A stretch of 64,000 bases of DNA from Octopus vulgaris. Its lineage: Eukaryota. Position numbers and translations under genes: made by a program. Of the stretch, positions 39,576 to 51,792 are shown piece by piece. Where the stretch lies: contig OX597823.1 of the NCBI GenBank assembly GCA_951406725.2, forward strand, positions 84,196,001 to 84,260,000, read 5' to 3'. Under the pieces are notes generated by a model. The model was not told the DNA's origin. It worked only from the letters and a program-made list of their open reading frames with translations, and made no database searches. Every line of letters starts with the position of its first letter. Within the stretch, counting starts at the first letter, position 1.

Positions 39576-40344
39576 GAGAAGAGGAGCTAGTGGCGGAATT
39601 GCTTTTGAAGAAGGCGAAGGAGTCGGTTGTCGTAAAGGTGGTGGTGATGATGTTGGAGGTGACTGAGGCTGTAGTAAGGACATGAAGAGGTGCATCAGCA
39701 GCAGGAGCCACAAGAGAACAAGGGGGGTGGTGGGGAGGATCTCCATGAAAGCGGAGGTGTGCAGTTGTCTCCAAGGTCACGATTATCCATACAGCTAAAG
39801 AACACTAGAGGTTGACATTGTTAACTTACGTCTGCCAGAGAGTATCTCACACTATTTCTCTCTCTCCCGCTCTCTCTCTTTTGCTCGCTCTACCTCTCTC
39901 TGCACCCAGCACCGTTTTTTTTCCCCTACCCTAATCCCCACTCCCTGTTTTTTCCAAAACACCTTCATCTATCTCATCATTGGCAATTTGAAGAGCTGGA
40001 TTTCCTGCTTTGCAGCCTCCGACGCCACCCCTGCTAGTGTCTCTGCTGTCGACAGGGCTCTTGAGAAAGACCTCCGCTACATCCATCCGCACATTCTGGG
40101 TCCACTAACGAGATTAATACCAATCTTATTTGTTAGGTTAATTTTAGAAAGTCCTCTCACTCTTGCACTGTCGACATGGCGCTATACCGACTGCGTGTGT
40201 CTGTTGGTTTTCTTTAGCTTTCTCCTTCTGTGTATATGTTTGTGCACAAGTGGGTGTGTGTGTGTGTGTGTGTTTATATATATATATATAATGTACGTTA
40301 TGTATATATATGTGTATATGTATATATCTATCTATCTATCTATC

Positions 40345-40378
<34 letters not shown>

Positions 40379-41703
40379 ATGTATGTAACATATGTATAAT
40401 TGTATACACATACATAAACGTACAGATATATATGCATGTATGTGTGTATTCTCATATGGGTGTGTATGTGTGTATACGTATATATCATACTTACAAATAT
40501 ACATATACACGCACATGTATGTATATGTATGTATGTGTATATGTATGTATATATATATACACACACACATATACACACACGTCTGTATGTATATATATAT
40601 ATACACATATATATATGTGTGTATATATATACACACACACACATATTTGTGTGTGTGTGTTAGTGTGTGTGTATATTACACCAACATAGGCTCTCTTGCC
40701 TCAAACTGTGACATCACCATCTATAGCTGAACCGCAGTCATATTACTTTTAACTCTGCATAATTTTCTAATGGCATTCATACTACCACACACAAACACAC
40801 ACACACGTATGTCTGTATCTGTTGTTGTCATATATATATATACCACTGGTCCCCCTGGGTTCCTTTGCATTGTTGTACTTTTCAAATGATGCCACCCAGC
40901 TGGCTAGGCAGGCAAGCCAACATCATCCCCCTGCAACGGAACACCTTTCCATTACAGGGTTACTCTATTATAGCTGAATGGACTTGAGCAATGTGAAATG
41001 AAGGGCTTTTGCTCAAGAGCATAATGTACTACCAGTCTAGGAATTTGAACACAAAAGCATGATCTTTCAGTCATGAGTGCAACACTCTAACCACTAGGTC
41101 TTGCACCTGATATATATGTGTGTGTGTGTGTGTGTGTGTCTATATGTGTATGTATATATGTGTGTGTATATATAGGTGTGTATGTATATATGTGTATGTA
41201 TATATGTGTGTGTATATATAGGTATATTTGTATATATGTGTGTGTATGTCTATGTGTGTGTATATGTGTGTTTATATATATATATATATATATATGCGTG
41301 TATATATATGTATGTGTGTATATATATGTATGTGTGTATATATATGTATGTGTGTATATATATGTATGTGGGTGTGTATATATATGTGTGTTTATATGTA
41401 TATGCATGTGTATATATGTGTGTGTATATATATGTATGTGGGTGTATATATATGTGTGTGTTTGTGTGTATATATTATCATCATCATTGTTTAACGTCCG
41501 TTTTCCATGCTAGCATGGGTTGGACAGTTTGACCTGGGAAGCCAGGAGTCTGCACCAGGATCCAGTCTGATCTGGCAGTGTTTCTACAGTTGGATGCCCT
41601 TCCTAACACCAACCACTCCGTGAGTGTAGTGGGTGCTTTTTACATGCCACCGGCACAGGGGCCAGTGGAGGCTGGCAAACGGCCACGATTGGTTGGTGCT
41701 TTT

Positions 41704-42230
41704 AAATAGTTTAGCATATTTAGAGTTTTTGAAGTTTTCATTAATTATCATTCTAATGGATCTAATAAAGTTATATTTTAAACGTCTGGCCAAAGGGATT
41801 ATAATCCAAGTAGTATTATTGTTGTTTGCTTTATTAAAAGATTGGGTGGTGTTTAGAAGGTCAGCTATTCTCATACAAGGTATTGGTTCCTTTTTTGTTA
41901 TTTTATTCCCTTCCTTATTAATTTGAGTGCTATGGTTATGCTTGTTATTGAAGTAATTTGGCATGCTTAGATTATTCTTAGTTTTTTCTGTTTATTGGCT
42001 GAATGTTCCTATTCTTATCTTTAATTATACAGTTGTGGTCTTGTCAGTACTCTTAGGTTTATTTATATTAGTATGGTTAGGAAAGTGGTAATTACTAAAA
42101 TTTATTTTACTCTTTTCCTTAGTAAAATTTCAGTTATGGTTCTCATATTGGTTGTGCTTTTTAGTATGGTTATTTTAGTGATGATTGTCCTGTTTTTTGT
42201 TGATGTTATGTTTTATCCCAAGCCCTCAAG
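41704..42230 (-). mobile_element. Possible Penelope-like ORF remnant (RT to GIY-YIG linker region)
   Basis: N/K-rich frame containing TTWIIIPLARRLKYNFIRSIRMIINENFKNSKYAKLF, loosely like the PLE pattern IIWFNPPFS..V.TNIG..F..LIDKHF...KIFN. No catalytic motif seen. Confidence 0.35.
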
Positions 42231-42938
42231 GACAAGAGGAAAGACTGCACTATGAAGCTTCTGAACAAACTCAAGCTTCCCCTCCAACTGAACATGCTTT
42301 AGCTTTTCTCAGACAAGTAAAATTTCTGCCAGGGTGAGGTGATGAACACACAACAACTGTTGGCTTGCTGTGTCCCCAAAACATGTACCAAGAGATAAAA
42401 AGGAAACATCCAATCAACATCAGGGTGTTTAGGGTGATCACTAGTGATGGCAACGTTATTCCTCCATTCATCGGTTTATTCACCACACCTTGTATATAGA
42501 GAAATAGATATGTATATATATCTGTGTTCTCCCCTCCCCATCACCTCTTGACAGTTGGTATTGGTGCATTTATGTACTTGTAATTAGCAGTTCAGCCAAT
42601 GAGACTGATAGAATAAGTACTAGGCTTAAAGGGAATTAGTCCCAGGTTAACTTCATCATCATCATCATCATTTAATGTATGCTTTCCATGCTAGCATGGG
42701 TTGGACGATTTGACTCAGATCTGGCGAACCAGATGGCTGCACCAGACTCCAATCTGATCTGGCAGAGTTTCTACTGCTGGATGCTCTTCCTAACACCAAC
42801 CACTCCGTGAGTGTACTGGGTGCTTTTACATGCCACCGGCACGAGGGCCAGTCAGGCGGTACTAGCAACGGCCATGCTCAAATGGTGGGGTTTTTTTATG
42901 TGCCACCTGCACAGGAGCCAGTCCTAAAAACCCTTTAA

Positions 42939-43159
42939 CCCTTTAGTATTCAGATTACACTGTTAAATGTAATATATTTTTTATTCAAATTGTTTTGAAT
43001 TCATCAAGCATTATCTTATAGCTTTGAGGTTTCAATGATGTGATTGTTTATTTTTAGAATGGCATTGTAGGTTAGATGTGAAAGGCTAGATATGGCCAGT
43101 TTGAATATAAAACATATAGAATATTTGAGCTGGATATGGCCGGTTTAAACACTAAAGGG
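42939..43159. mobile_element. piggyBac-type MITE (family P2). Partial copies at ~16558-16745, 27537-27700, 34915-35120, 35350-35559
   Basis: TTAA on both sides. TIR CCCTTTAGT / ACTAAAGGG. Shared interior TCAAATGTAATGC..CACATTGTTTTGAATTAATCA. Confidence 0.85.
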
Positions 43160-43719
43160 TTAAGGCAGTGCTCCAGCAAAGGTGTGGAACAAGTAAAGGG
43201 TTAAGGCAGTGCTCCAGTCAAAGGTGTGGAACAAGTAATAGAATACATATATACACGTGATGGGATTTTGTCAGCCCAGGGTTATAGTAGATGACACACT
43301 GTGGGACTGAACTTGGAACCATATCATTGGAAAGCATACTTCTTACCACACAGCTACAATTGCACCAATATACGTGTGTGTGTGTGTGTGCACTCGTGCA
43401 CATTTGTGCATGCATGCGTACATCATATGTATTTAGTCATGCATGTGCACACGCAACTGTACGTAAGGAGGTTTGTGACTTTCCATGAAGCAATCAAATA
43501 ATTATTTATTAATTATCCCCTATCAAACCTGTGGGTTAATGATTATACCAATCAAATTATGGATTGCTTTTGTGTGTTTGTGTGAATGTCATATAATTTG
43601 ATTTCATTGCAGACATGTATTGCATACACCTGATCAGGCGAAAGAGACTTGCACACATATGCAAACATATTTCTATGCATGCATCTTACTAATGCACACA
43701 TACAAGTGTGCGTGCATGT

Positions 43720-43812
43720 TTGTATTTATATATATGTATATTTTGTGTATATATATATATATATATTTGTATTTATATATATATGTATATCTAATATACA
43801 TATATATATTTG

Positions 43813-43863
<51 letters not shown>

Positions 43864-43873
43864 ATATTTAAGA

Positions 43874-43906
<33 letters not shown>

Positions 43907-44369
43907 ATATATGTATATTTAATATATATATATTTGTAATTATATATATGGATATTTTTTATATGTATGTACATATATATATATTTCTATTCATATATAT
44001 ATGGATATTTTATATATATGTATATATATATATATTGATAGTTTATATATATATGTGTATATATATGTATTTATATATATGGATATTTTATATATGTGTG
44101 TGTATATATATGTATTTATATATATGGATATTTTATATGTGTGCATATATATGTATTTATATATATGGATATTTTATATATGTGTGTATATATATGTATA
44201 TATATATATATGGATATTATGTATGTATACATATATTTGTATTCATATATATATTTATTTATTTTTTATATACATACATTTTATCTATATATATTTATAT
44301 AATTTATATATATATACATTTTATCTATATATATATTTATAAATTTTTATATATACATTTTATCTATTC

Positions 44370-44405
<36 letters not shown>

Positions 44406-44560
44406 GTATATATATTTCCATGTATGCATTTTTATATTTTCATATATAGTTATATATTCATTTCTATATATTTATATATATATATATGTATTTTTATATA
44501 TACATTTTCTTATATATTTATGCACGCACTCTGAAATGTATGTATATGTGTATTATTATC
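43720..44560. repeat. (AT)n-rich minisatellite with ATGGATATTTT subunit
   Basis: Direct inspection. Confidence 0.95.
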
Positions 44561-45249
44561 TGTAAGTGTGTGTAAATGGAGTCATGAAGTCACATATACG
44601 TGCATTTTGCTTATTGAGAACATGCAACACGCATACCAGTAATTGTAGAATTATTGGCAGCTGGAACTATCTTAATTTATTAATAAATACATTGGTCACA
44701 CTTTTTGTGAGTTTCATGATTAGCAATAATTACCTCTGCTCTATATAAGAAAACACTAGCACATGCTCATGTATTTATGCATATATGTGCATGCATGTGA
44801 TCCAAAACTGGCTTCCTATTGTCCGTGATGTTCATTATTCATGCATGACCATTAATAATCTGTATACTATACTTATTGTGAACTGGTGAATTTAATCAGT
44901 TTATTGATGATGAACCCCTAATCACAATTTTCTCTGTCCTAAATTGCTTCCTTCGTCAGCAGTATCACAATCATTTCAGTTTTATATTGTATGGTTGTCT
45001 AATTGGTTAAGAAATTCGCTTCTCTACTTTGAATGTCTTGGGGTCGATCGTATTTCGCTGTACCTTCGGCAACGTGTCTTTCACCAATGGCATAGTTTTT
45101 AATCCATCCATGCCATGCACATGGAATTAGATAGGAATTGCTGAAACCTAAGATTAACTTAACCTAAAGATTAGCTTAAATTACCTGTGATCCAAAGCTC
45201 TGCTTTGTGATGTACACATAACAATAGTATACATTATATGTGTGTATAT

Positions 45250-45585
45250 ATCATCATTGTCCACTTCTCATGTTCGCATGGGTTCCATGGCTTGACTGGA
45301 TCTGGTAAGCTGAAGGGCTGCACTGGGCTCTATTGTTTGTTCTGGCATGGTTTCTATGGCTGGATGCTGTTCCTAACACCAACCACTCCAAGACTGCAAT
45401 GGGTGCTTTTTACATGCCACTTATGTGTCACTGGCATTGGCCACAACTACAATTTCACTTGGTTTGGTGAGTCTTCTCAAGCACTGCATATCACCAAAGG
45501 TCTTGGTCACTTGTCATCACCTCTGTGAGGCCCAACATTTGAAAATCATGCTTCACCACCTCGTCTTATGTCTTCTTGGGTCTAT
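45250..45585 (-). mobile_element. Inverted short copy of the same RTE 3' end
   Basis: 45515-45585 is reverse-complementary to ~46217-46290 and is followed by the RTE 3' UTR motif. Confidence 0.7.
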
Positions 45586-45849
45586 ATAAATATATGTGTA
45601 TTTCTGAAGGTGCATGGCTTAGTGGTTAGGGGTGTTACACTTATGTTCTAGTGATCAAGGTTTTGATTTTCAGATTGGCTGCACATTGTGTTCTTGAGCA
45701 AAACACTTCATTTCACATTACTCCAGGCCACTCAGCTGTAAAATGATGGCCCTACAATGGAATTGCCTTCCTATCAGGGGCAATATTGGCCTGCTCACCT
45801 AGCCAAAGGGGTGGCATCATTCAAAAGCTAAACTGAGAATAAGAATAGC

Positions 45850-46640
45850 CTGGGCAAGATTCTGAGAGCTTCTATCTCTGCTGGTAACAAAGAGCCTCTA
45901 GGTCAGAATGAAAGGTAGACTGTATGACACGTGTGTGAACAGCCATGCTACTTGGCAGTGAATCATGGGCCATGACTGTTGAGGACATGTTTAGGCTCGA
46001 AAGAAATGAAGCTAGTATGCTCTGCTGGATTTGTAATGTCCGTGTGCATACACAACAGAGTGTAAGAACCCTGAGAGAAACGTTGAACATAAGAAGCATC
46101 AGATGTGGTATGCAAGAGAGATGACTGTGCTGGTATGATCATGTGTTGCGTATGGATGAGGACAGCTGTGTGAAAAAGTGTCACACCCTAGCAGTAGAGG
46201 GAACCTGTGGAAGAGGTAGACCCAGGAAGACCTGGGATGAGGTGGTGAGGCACGACCTTCGAACATTGGGCCTCACAGAGGTGATGATGAGTGACCAACA
46301 CCTTTGGGGATATGCTCTGCTTGAAAAGACCTGGCAAGCCAAGTGAGACCATAACTGTGGCTTATGCCAGTGTAGCATAACTAGCCTATTTAAGAGTACC
46401 CTTCAATCCTTGGGCAATAAACTGTGCTGGAGAAGACCTGTTTGAGTCAAGTGAAATCATTGTTGTGGCCAATGCCAGTACCGCTTGACTGGTACCCGTG
46501 CCAGTGGCATGTTAAGAGCACCATTCGAGCATGGTTGTGGCTAGTGCTGCCTGATTAGCTCTTGTGCCGGTGGCATGTAAAAAGCACCGTTCAAGCATGG
46601 GTCAATACCAGTACTGCCAAATCAATGCCAGTACGACTCA
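45850..46640 (+). mobile_element. 5'-truncated RTE-clade LINE remnant (RT C-terminal region + repetitive 3' UTR)
   Basis: KGRLYDTCV, AMLLGSESW, RLERNEASML.WI, WYDHVLRMDE, VEG..GRGRPRKTW..VV..DL, with in-frame stops. Confidence 0.85.
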
Positions 46641-46692
46641 AATCTGGCAGGTGCCAGAGACTTAAGCTAAAAGCATTATATAAATATATATA

Positions 46693-46728
<36 letters not shown>

Positions 46729-48963
46729 TATACTTATATATGACAAGCTTTTTCCAGTTTCTGCCTACCGAATCCACTCACAAGTCTTTAGTTGGCCCAA
46801 GGCTGTTTGAGAAGAGACCTGACCACGCAGTGAGACTGAAACCAGAATTATGTGGTTGGGAAGCAAGCTTCTTACCACACAGCCACACCTATGAAAAAAA
46901 AAAAAATAAATAAATAAAAAGCCTGTCAGTATTTCAAATTCTTGAAATTTCTAAATTTAAGCAGATTGTTGGCAGTGATTTGGAAGTTCCAGAGTTAGAA
47001 AGATAAAATAAATAGGAATAAATGTTTATTTTATGTTTGTCGAAGATATTTCAGAGTTATATGGCCTTAAGACTGTTGCGTTTTTAAACCTCATGAGCAA
47101 AGTATATTTCTGAGTTTTGGGAGATGTTTTTGAGGAATTTTTCACTTGTAATCTTATTGGTGTTTTTTTTTGGAAAAGGAAGAAAGTGAGGTTTCTGATG
47201 TTGATAAAATAAATTTGTTCTTCCATCTGTCCTCCCTACCATTGGCAGGTGAGTTTGAAATTAAATTACACTGGAAGCAATATAGTTTTACATGGGGAAA
47301 AAAAATCATAGGCACACATGTGAGTATTCATACATATACACACGCATACGTAACCGCATGTGCCTATATGCACACATACTTACACACACTTACCCACATG
47401 CATCTGTGTGTTTGTGTGTATGTGTGTGTGTGGTATATATATATTTCTCTGGTTTAATTTTTTTTTAATTTGTCACCAGTTGGGTAAGAGCTTGTTTCTA
47501 GCCCAGAAGCAAAGCACTTTCATTGAAATTAAGGTAACATCAATGGGTGTTGGTGGGAGTCATATGTGTGTGTGTGTATGTTTGTGTGTATATAAAGTAT
47601 ATATGTATGTATGCGCTGAACCATGTTTGCATGTACTCTTTTATCTCTTTTACTTGCTTCAGTCATTAGGCCACGGCCAAGCTGGGGCACTGCCTTGAAT
47701 TTTTAGTTGAAGGAATCAGCCCCAGGACTTATTTTTGAAGCCTGGTACTTATTCTATCGGTCTCTTTTGCCAAACCACTGAGTTACGGGGATGTAAACAC
47801 ACCAACACTGCTTGTCAAGCAGTGATGGGGGGTGGGACAAACACAGACACAAAGACACACATACATAGATACACATGCACACACACACACACATATGAAT
47901 ATGATGGGTTTCTTTCAGTTTCCACCTACCAAATCCACTCACAAGGCTTATTTGGCTTGAGGCTATAGTAGAAGACACTTGCCCTGGATGCCATGAAATG
48001 GGACTGAACCCAGAACCGTGTGGTTGGGAAGCAAGCCTCTTATCATGTAGCCACTCCTTTGCACCTAAAGTTTCTGCACATTTCGTTTATGGGTGTTGAC
48101 AAAGATGTGATCATGAATGGTAAATCTGTAAGGTTTTTTTAGGCATGTGGCTCAGTGGTTAAGATATTCGGCTAATGATCTTAACATCATGAGTTCAGGT
48201 CCCATCGGCATGTATCCTTGAGAAAGACATTATTTTCATGTTGCCTGTGTCCACTCAGCTGGCTAAAATGAGCTGTGTCTGTAATTCAAAGGGCCAGCCC
48301 TCTTACATTCTGTGTCATAGTGAATCTCTCAGAGAATGTCATGGGTACACGTGTCTGTGGGTCTGTGGAGTGCTCAGCTGATTGCTCATAAATTGCACAA
48401 GCAGGCTGTTCTGTTGATCAGATCGACTTGAACACTCGTCATCTAAGCGATGGAATGCCAGTTTATCATCATCATCACTGTTTAACATCCGCCTTCCATG
48501 CTGGCATAGGTGGGACATGAAAACATGACTATATGTATATATTTAATACATGTTAAACTTAAGGAATGTTTTACACATTTTGACAGTGCCTATGAAGGGG
48601 ATGGATTGTAGCTGTAATCTAATTAGGTGTGTCCGTTTTGGTTTTGTGAAGCTCACTTTCTCAAGAGTGGCACTGAAGCAATTAGTTAGATGTCTAAATG
48701 TTCCAATTATATTTTGCAGAAGTATTAATGCTTTAAATTCTTGTAGTGATTACATTTACCCACCATGCCACATGTTGTATCAATCCCCAGAACATGTGGC
48801 AAGTTAGGCAACAAAATATATTAACGTTTTTGTAATCCCCAACCATGTACTACTATGCTAGCAGTGTACTTGAACCCTTTCTTTATATTTCTAAGTAAAA
48901 CACACTCCTTATGAGTTTCAATTAAATTCTAAAATCACCAGAAGTTTAGAATGGTTTCATTAA

Positions 48964-49185
48964 CCCTTTTGTTACCAACCCTGGCTGAATCCGGCTCTGG
49001 CTCTGAAGTACAAATGTCTTGTTTCCATAAGTTTTGAATTAAAATCTTCCACCATACGTTAGTCACAATTTATGCTCCTAACACTAGCTGAATGATAGCT
49101 AAGTTATTTTACTAAATTCTTTGTTATGTTTAAAGTAATTGAAAGAAATACAGAGCATCTCGACAGAAATATGGTAACAAAAGGG
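48964..49185. mobile_element. piggyBac-type MITE (family P1)
   Basis: TTAA on both sides. Perfect 14-bp TIR CCCTTTTGTTACCA / TGGTAACAAAAGGG. Confidence 0.9.
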
Positions 49186-49940
49186 TTAAACAATTGTAAC
49201 TATTTTATTTATCGACATAGTAACGTGGTTTTTGGAACACAATTGAAGAAAAGATTCTTAATCAATTCTCTTGCATAACTTTTGTCTCAAAGTGACTCTT
49301 ATTACAGGTAAATACATGTAAACCACAAGCTGTCTTTTTTTTTTCTCAGTTTCTTTACTCTCTGTGTAATGGTTTGTTTCCATAGTGATCACTTCAAACA
49401 AGCTTACATTTACATGATTTCTCCTGAAATCTGTAAAAAAAGACTGAAACAAGTAAAAGAGAGAGAGTATGTGACATCTCAGACACGAAATTTAACAAAT
49501 CCAGTGCTGGCTATAATTTCTATAGAAAATCTGAAGAGATAAACTTAACAAGTGATTTAATAGCACTGCTAACACAGTAGTACACAGCATTGGCTTATAA
49601 AAGCGTTTAATATACTTTAATAGTATATTATGGGTGCATAATGAAATATCATGGGCCTACAGGTCTTTAATATTTATCTTTTACCTGTTTCAGTCATTAG
49701 ACTGTGGCCATGCTGGGGTGCCGGACTTGATGACTTTTTAATCAAACAAATCATCCCTAATACTTATTTCTTTAAACCTTGTACTTATTTTATTGAATCT
49801 TTTTTTGTTGAACCACTAAGTTACAGGGATGTAAACACACCAACACCTGTTTTCAAGTGGTGGTGGTGGTGGGAAACAAACACAGAAGCAAATACATACG
49901 CACACTTAGATAATTATACAACAGGTTTCTTGTAGTTTCC

Positions 49941-50171
49941 TATTTCTTTACTGCCCACAAGGGACTACACACAGAGGAGACAAAGAAGGACAGACAAATG
50001 GATTAAGTCGATTATATTGACCCCAGTGTGTAACTGGTACTTATTTAATCGACCCCGAAACGATGAAAGGCAAAGTCGACCTCGGCGGAATTTGAACTCA
50101 GAACATAGCAGCAGACGAAATACTGCTAAGCATTTCGCCTGGCGTGCTAACGTTTCTGCCAGCTTGTCACC
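49941..50171 (-). mobile_element. SINE family B with Tx1-type tail, nested in a family A SINE
   Basis: tRNA-like head (AGCTGGCAGAAACGTTAGCACGCC...GAGTTCAAATTCC), core GTCGACTTTGCCTTTCATC..GGGGTCGAT..AAGTACCAG. 14-bp TSD TTCTTGTAGTTTCC at 49927-49940 and 50172-50185. Confidence 0.9.
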
Positions 50172-51530
50172 TTCTTGTAGTTTCCATCTACCAAATCCAT
50201 TCACAAGGCTTTAGTTGGCCCAAAGCTATAATAAAAACAAAGTACCACACAGTGGGACTGAACCCGGAACCATGTGGTTGGGAAGCAAGCTTGTTACCAC
50301 ACAACTACACCTGCACCTATATATGTATATACATTTCTTCCTACTCTTAATTTGTGACTGTGAATAATAATAATAATGATAATAATAATAATAATAATAA
50401 AAAAGAGAATAGTGTGGAAATAAGTGACTCACTAGTAATTAAAATCGTTATGGGAAAACATCATTTTGTTTTGGCTGTCTTGTTTTGTAGATTTTGGTTT
50501 ATTTATCATTTAACAGAAAATAATTAAATAAATTTACAAAAATGTTTTTAAATTTTAAAAAGAATTTGCAAAACAAAAAGAAAAGAAAATTCTTCCCTCA
50601 TTGGGTGTTGATTCCTTTTGAGACACTAATGAGATATTGGTGATGATGGAGAGACATTTCCCTGCATCCTGATATCAAGACTCTACTGTAAACACTCGGT
50701 ATTGTTATCTTAAACTCTTTACTCTCTTCTAATTGTTACCATTCTTACCATTCTGTGTTTATTCAGACTGTTTACTGATAAGACATGAGAATCAGCAAAT
50801 ATGATAGCATAACACTTTGGCAAGAATAGAACATGTCGTTTTAATTAAGTCACTTATTGACATTATGGTTAAGATTTCTTTTTTTTTTTTTTTTTTTTTT
50901 AGCATTAACTAAGTCCCCGTTGTGTTTGTAGTCTTCCCTTTGTCTCTACTGAAACTCTTTGTAACAGCAAAAGATAGTTAGATTGATTCACCCCACCAAC
51001 CCATCCCTTCCACCATCTATGTTTACGATCCCCTCCTTTTCTCTCTCTCTCTCTCTCCTTGCACTAGATCCATAAGCAGATATTTCCATTCTGTACTAAT
51101 TATGCTTTTAGTGTTTCTTTCTGCAGAAAATACAGTTAAGCTTGCAATAAAATACACAAGCTTCGATAAGATATTCTTTTCTGAGCCAATGAAGGAGGCT
51201 CTTACATGGCCTCCTAACCTGGTAGAAATAGCTGAGAAAATTTCCTTCACAATACACTTATGCATAGGGATCCTCAACCATTTTCTACCTGCAGAGCAGA
51301 TCCCTTTGATTCCTCTTTTATTCTACTGGACCCCCATAGACATTTGATGTTTTAAAAAACAAATTCCATTATAGGCACAGACGTGGCTGTGTGGTTAGAA
51401 GCTTGCTTCCCAACCTAATGGTTCTGGGTTCGGTCCCACTTAGTGGGACCTTTGGGCAAGTCTCTTCTACTATAGCCTCAGACCAAACCAAAGCTTTGTG
51501 AGTGGATTTGCTTCACAGAAACTGAAAGAA

Positions 51531-51792
51531 ACTATAAAATTGACAGAAACTATAAAGGTGGTGGGTAAGCTGGTAGAAACATTTGCATGCCGGGCGAAAT
51601 GCTTAGTAGTATTTCGCCTGCCGTTATGTTCTGAGTTCAAATTTCACTGAGGTCGACTTTGCCTTTCATCCTTTCAGGGTCGATAAATTAAGTACCAGTT
51701 ATTCACTGGGGTCAATGTAATCGACTTAATTCCTTTGTCTGTCCTTGTTTGTCCCCTCTAAGTTTTATTCCCCTGTGAGCAATAAGGAAATA
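51531..51792 (+). mobile_element. SINE family B with Tx1-type tail, nested in a family A SINE
   Basis: Same structure. 14-bp TSD AGAAACTGAAAGAA at 51517-51530 and 51793-51806. Extra nucleotides at the 5' junction. Confidence 0.88.

Noticed and set aside
39228-39746. 172-aa Thr-rich mucin-like ORF and opposite-strand poly-Val/Gly-Ser ORFs
   Set aside because: Product of a (GGT/AGT)n tract, with no domain or splice support.
43153-43237. ~42-bp tandem duplication spanning a MITE end and a SINE tail
   Set aside because: Ordinary local duplication or repair scar.
51102-51347. 81-aa non-repetitive ORF after a TTTCTGCAG acceptor-like site
   Set aside because: No similarity to UGGT or any family I recognise, and no convincing donor.
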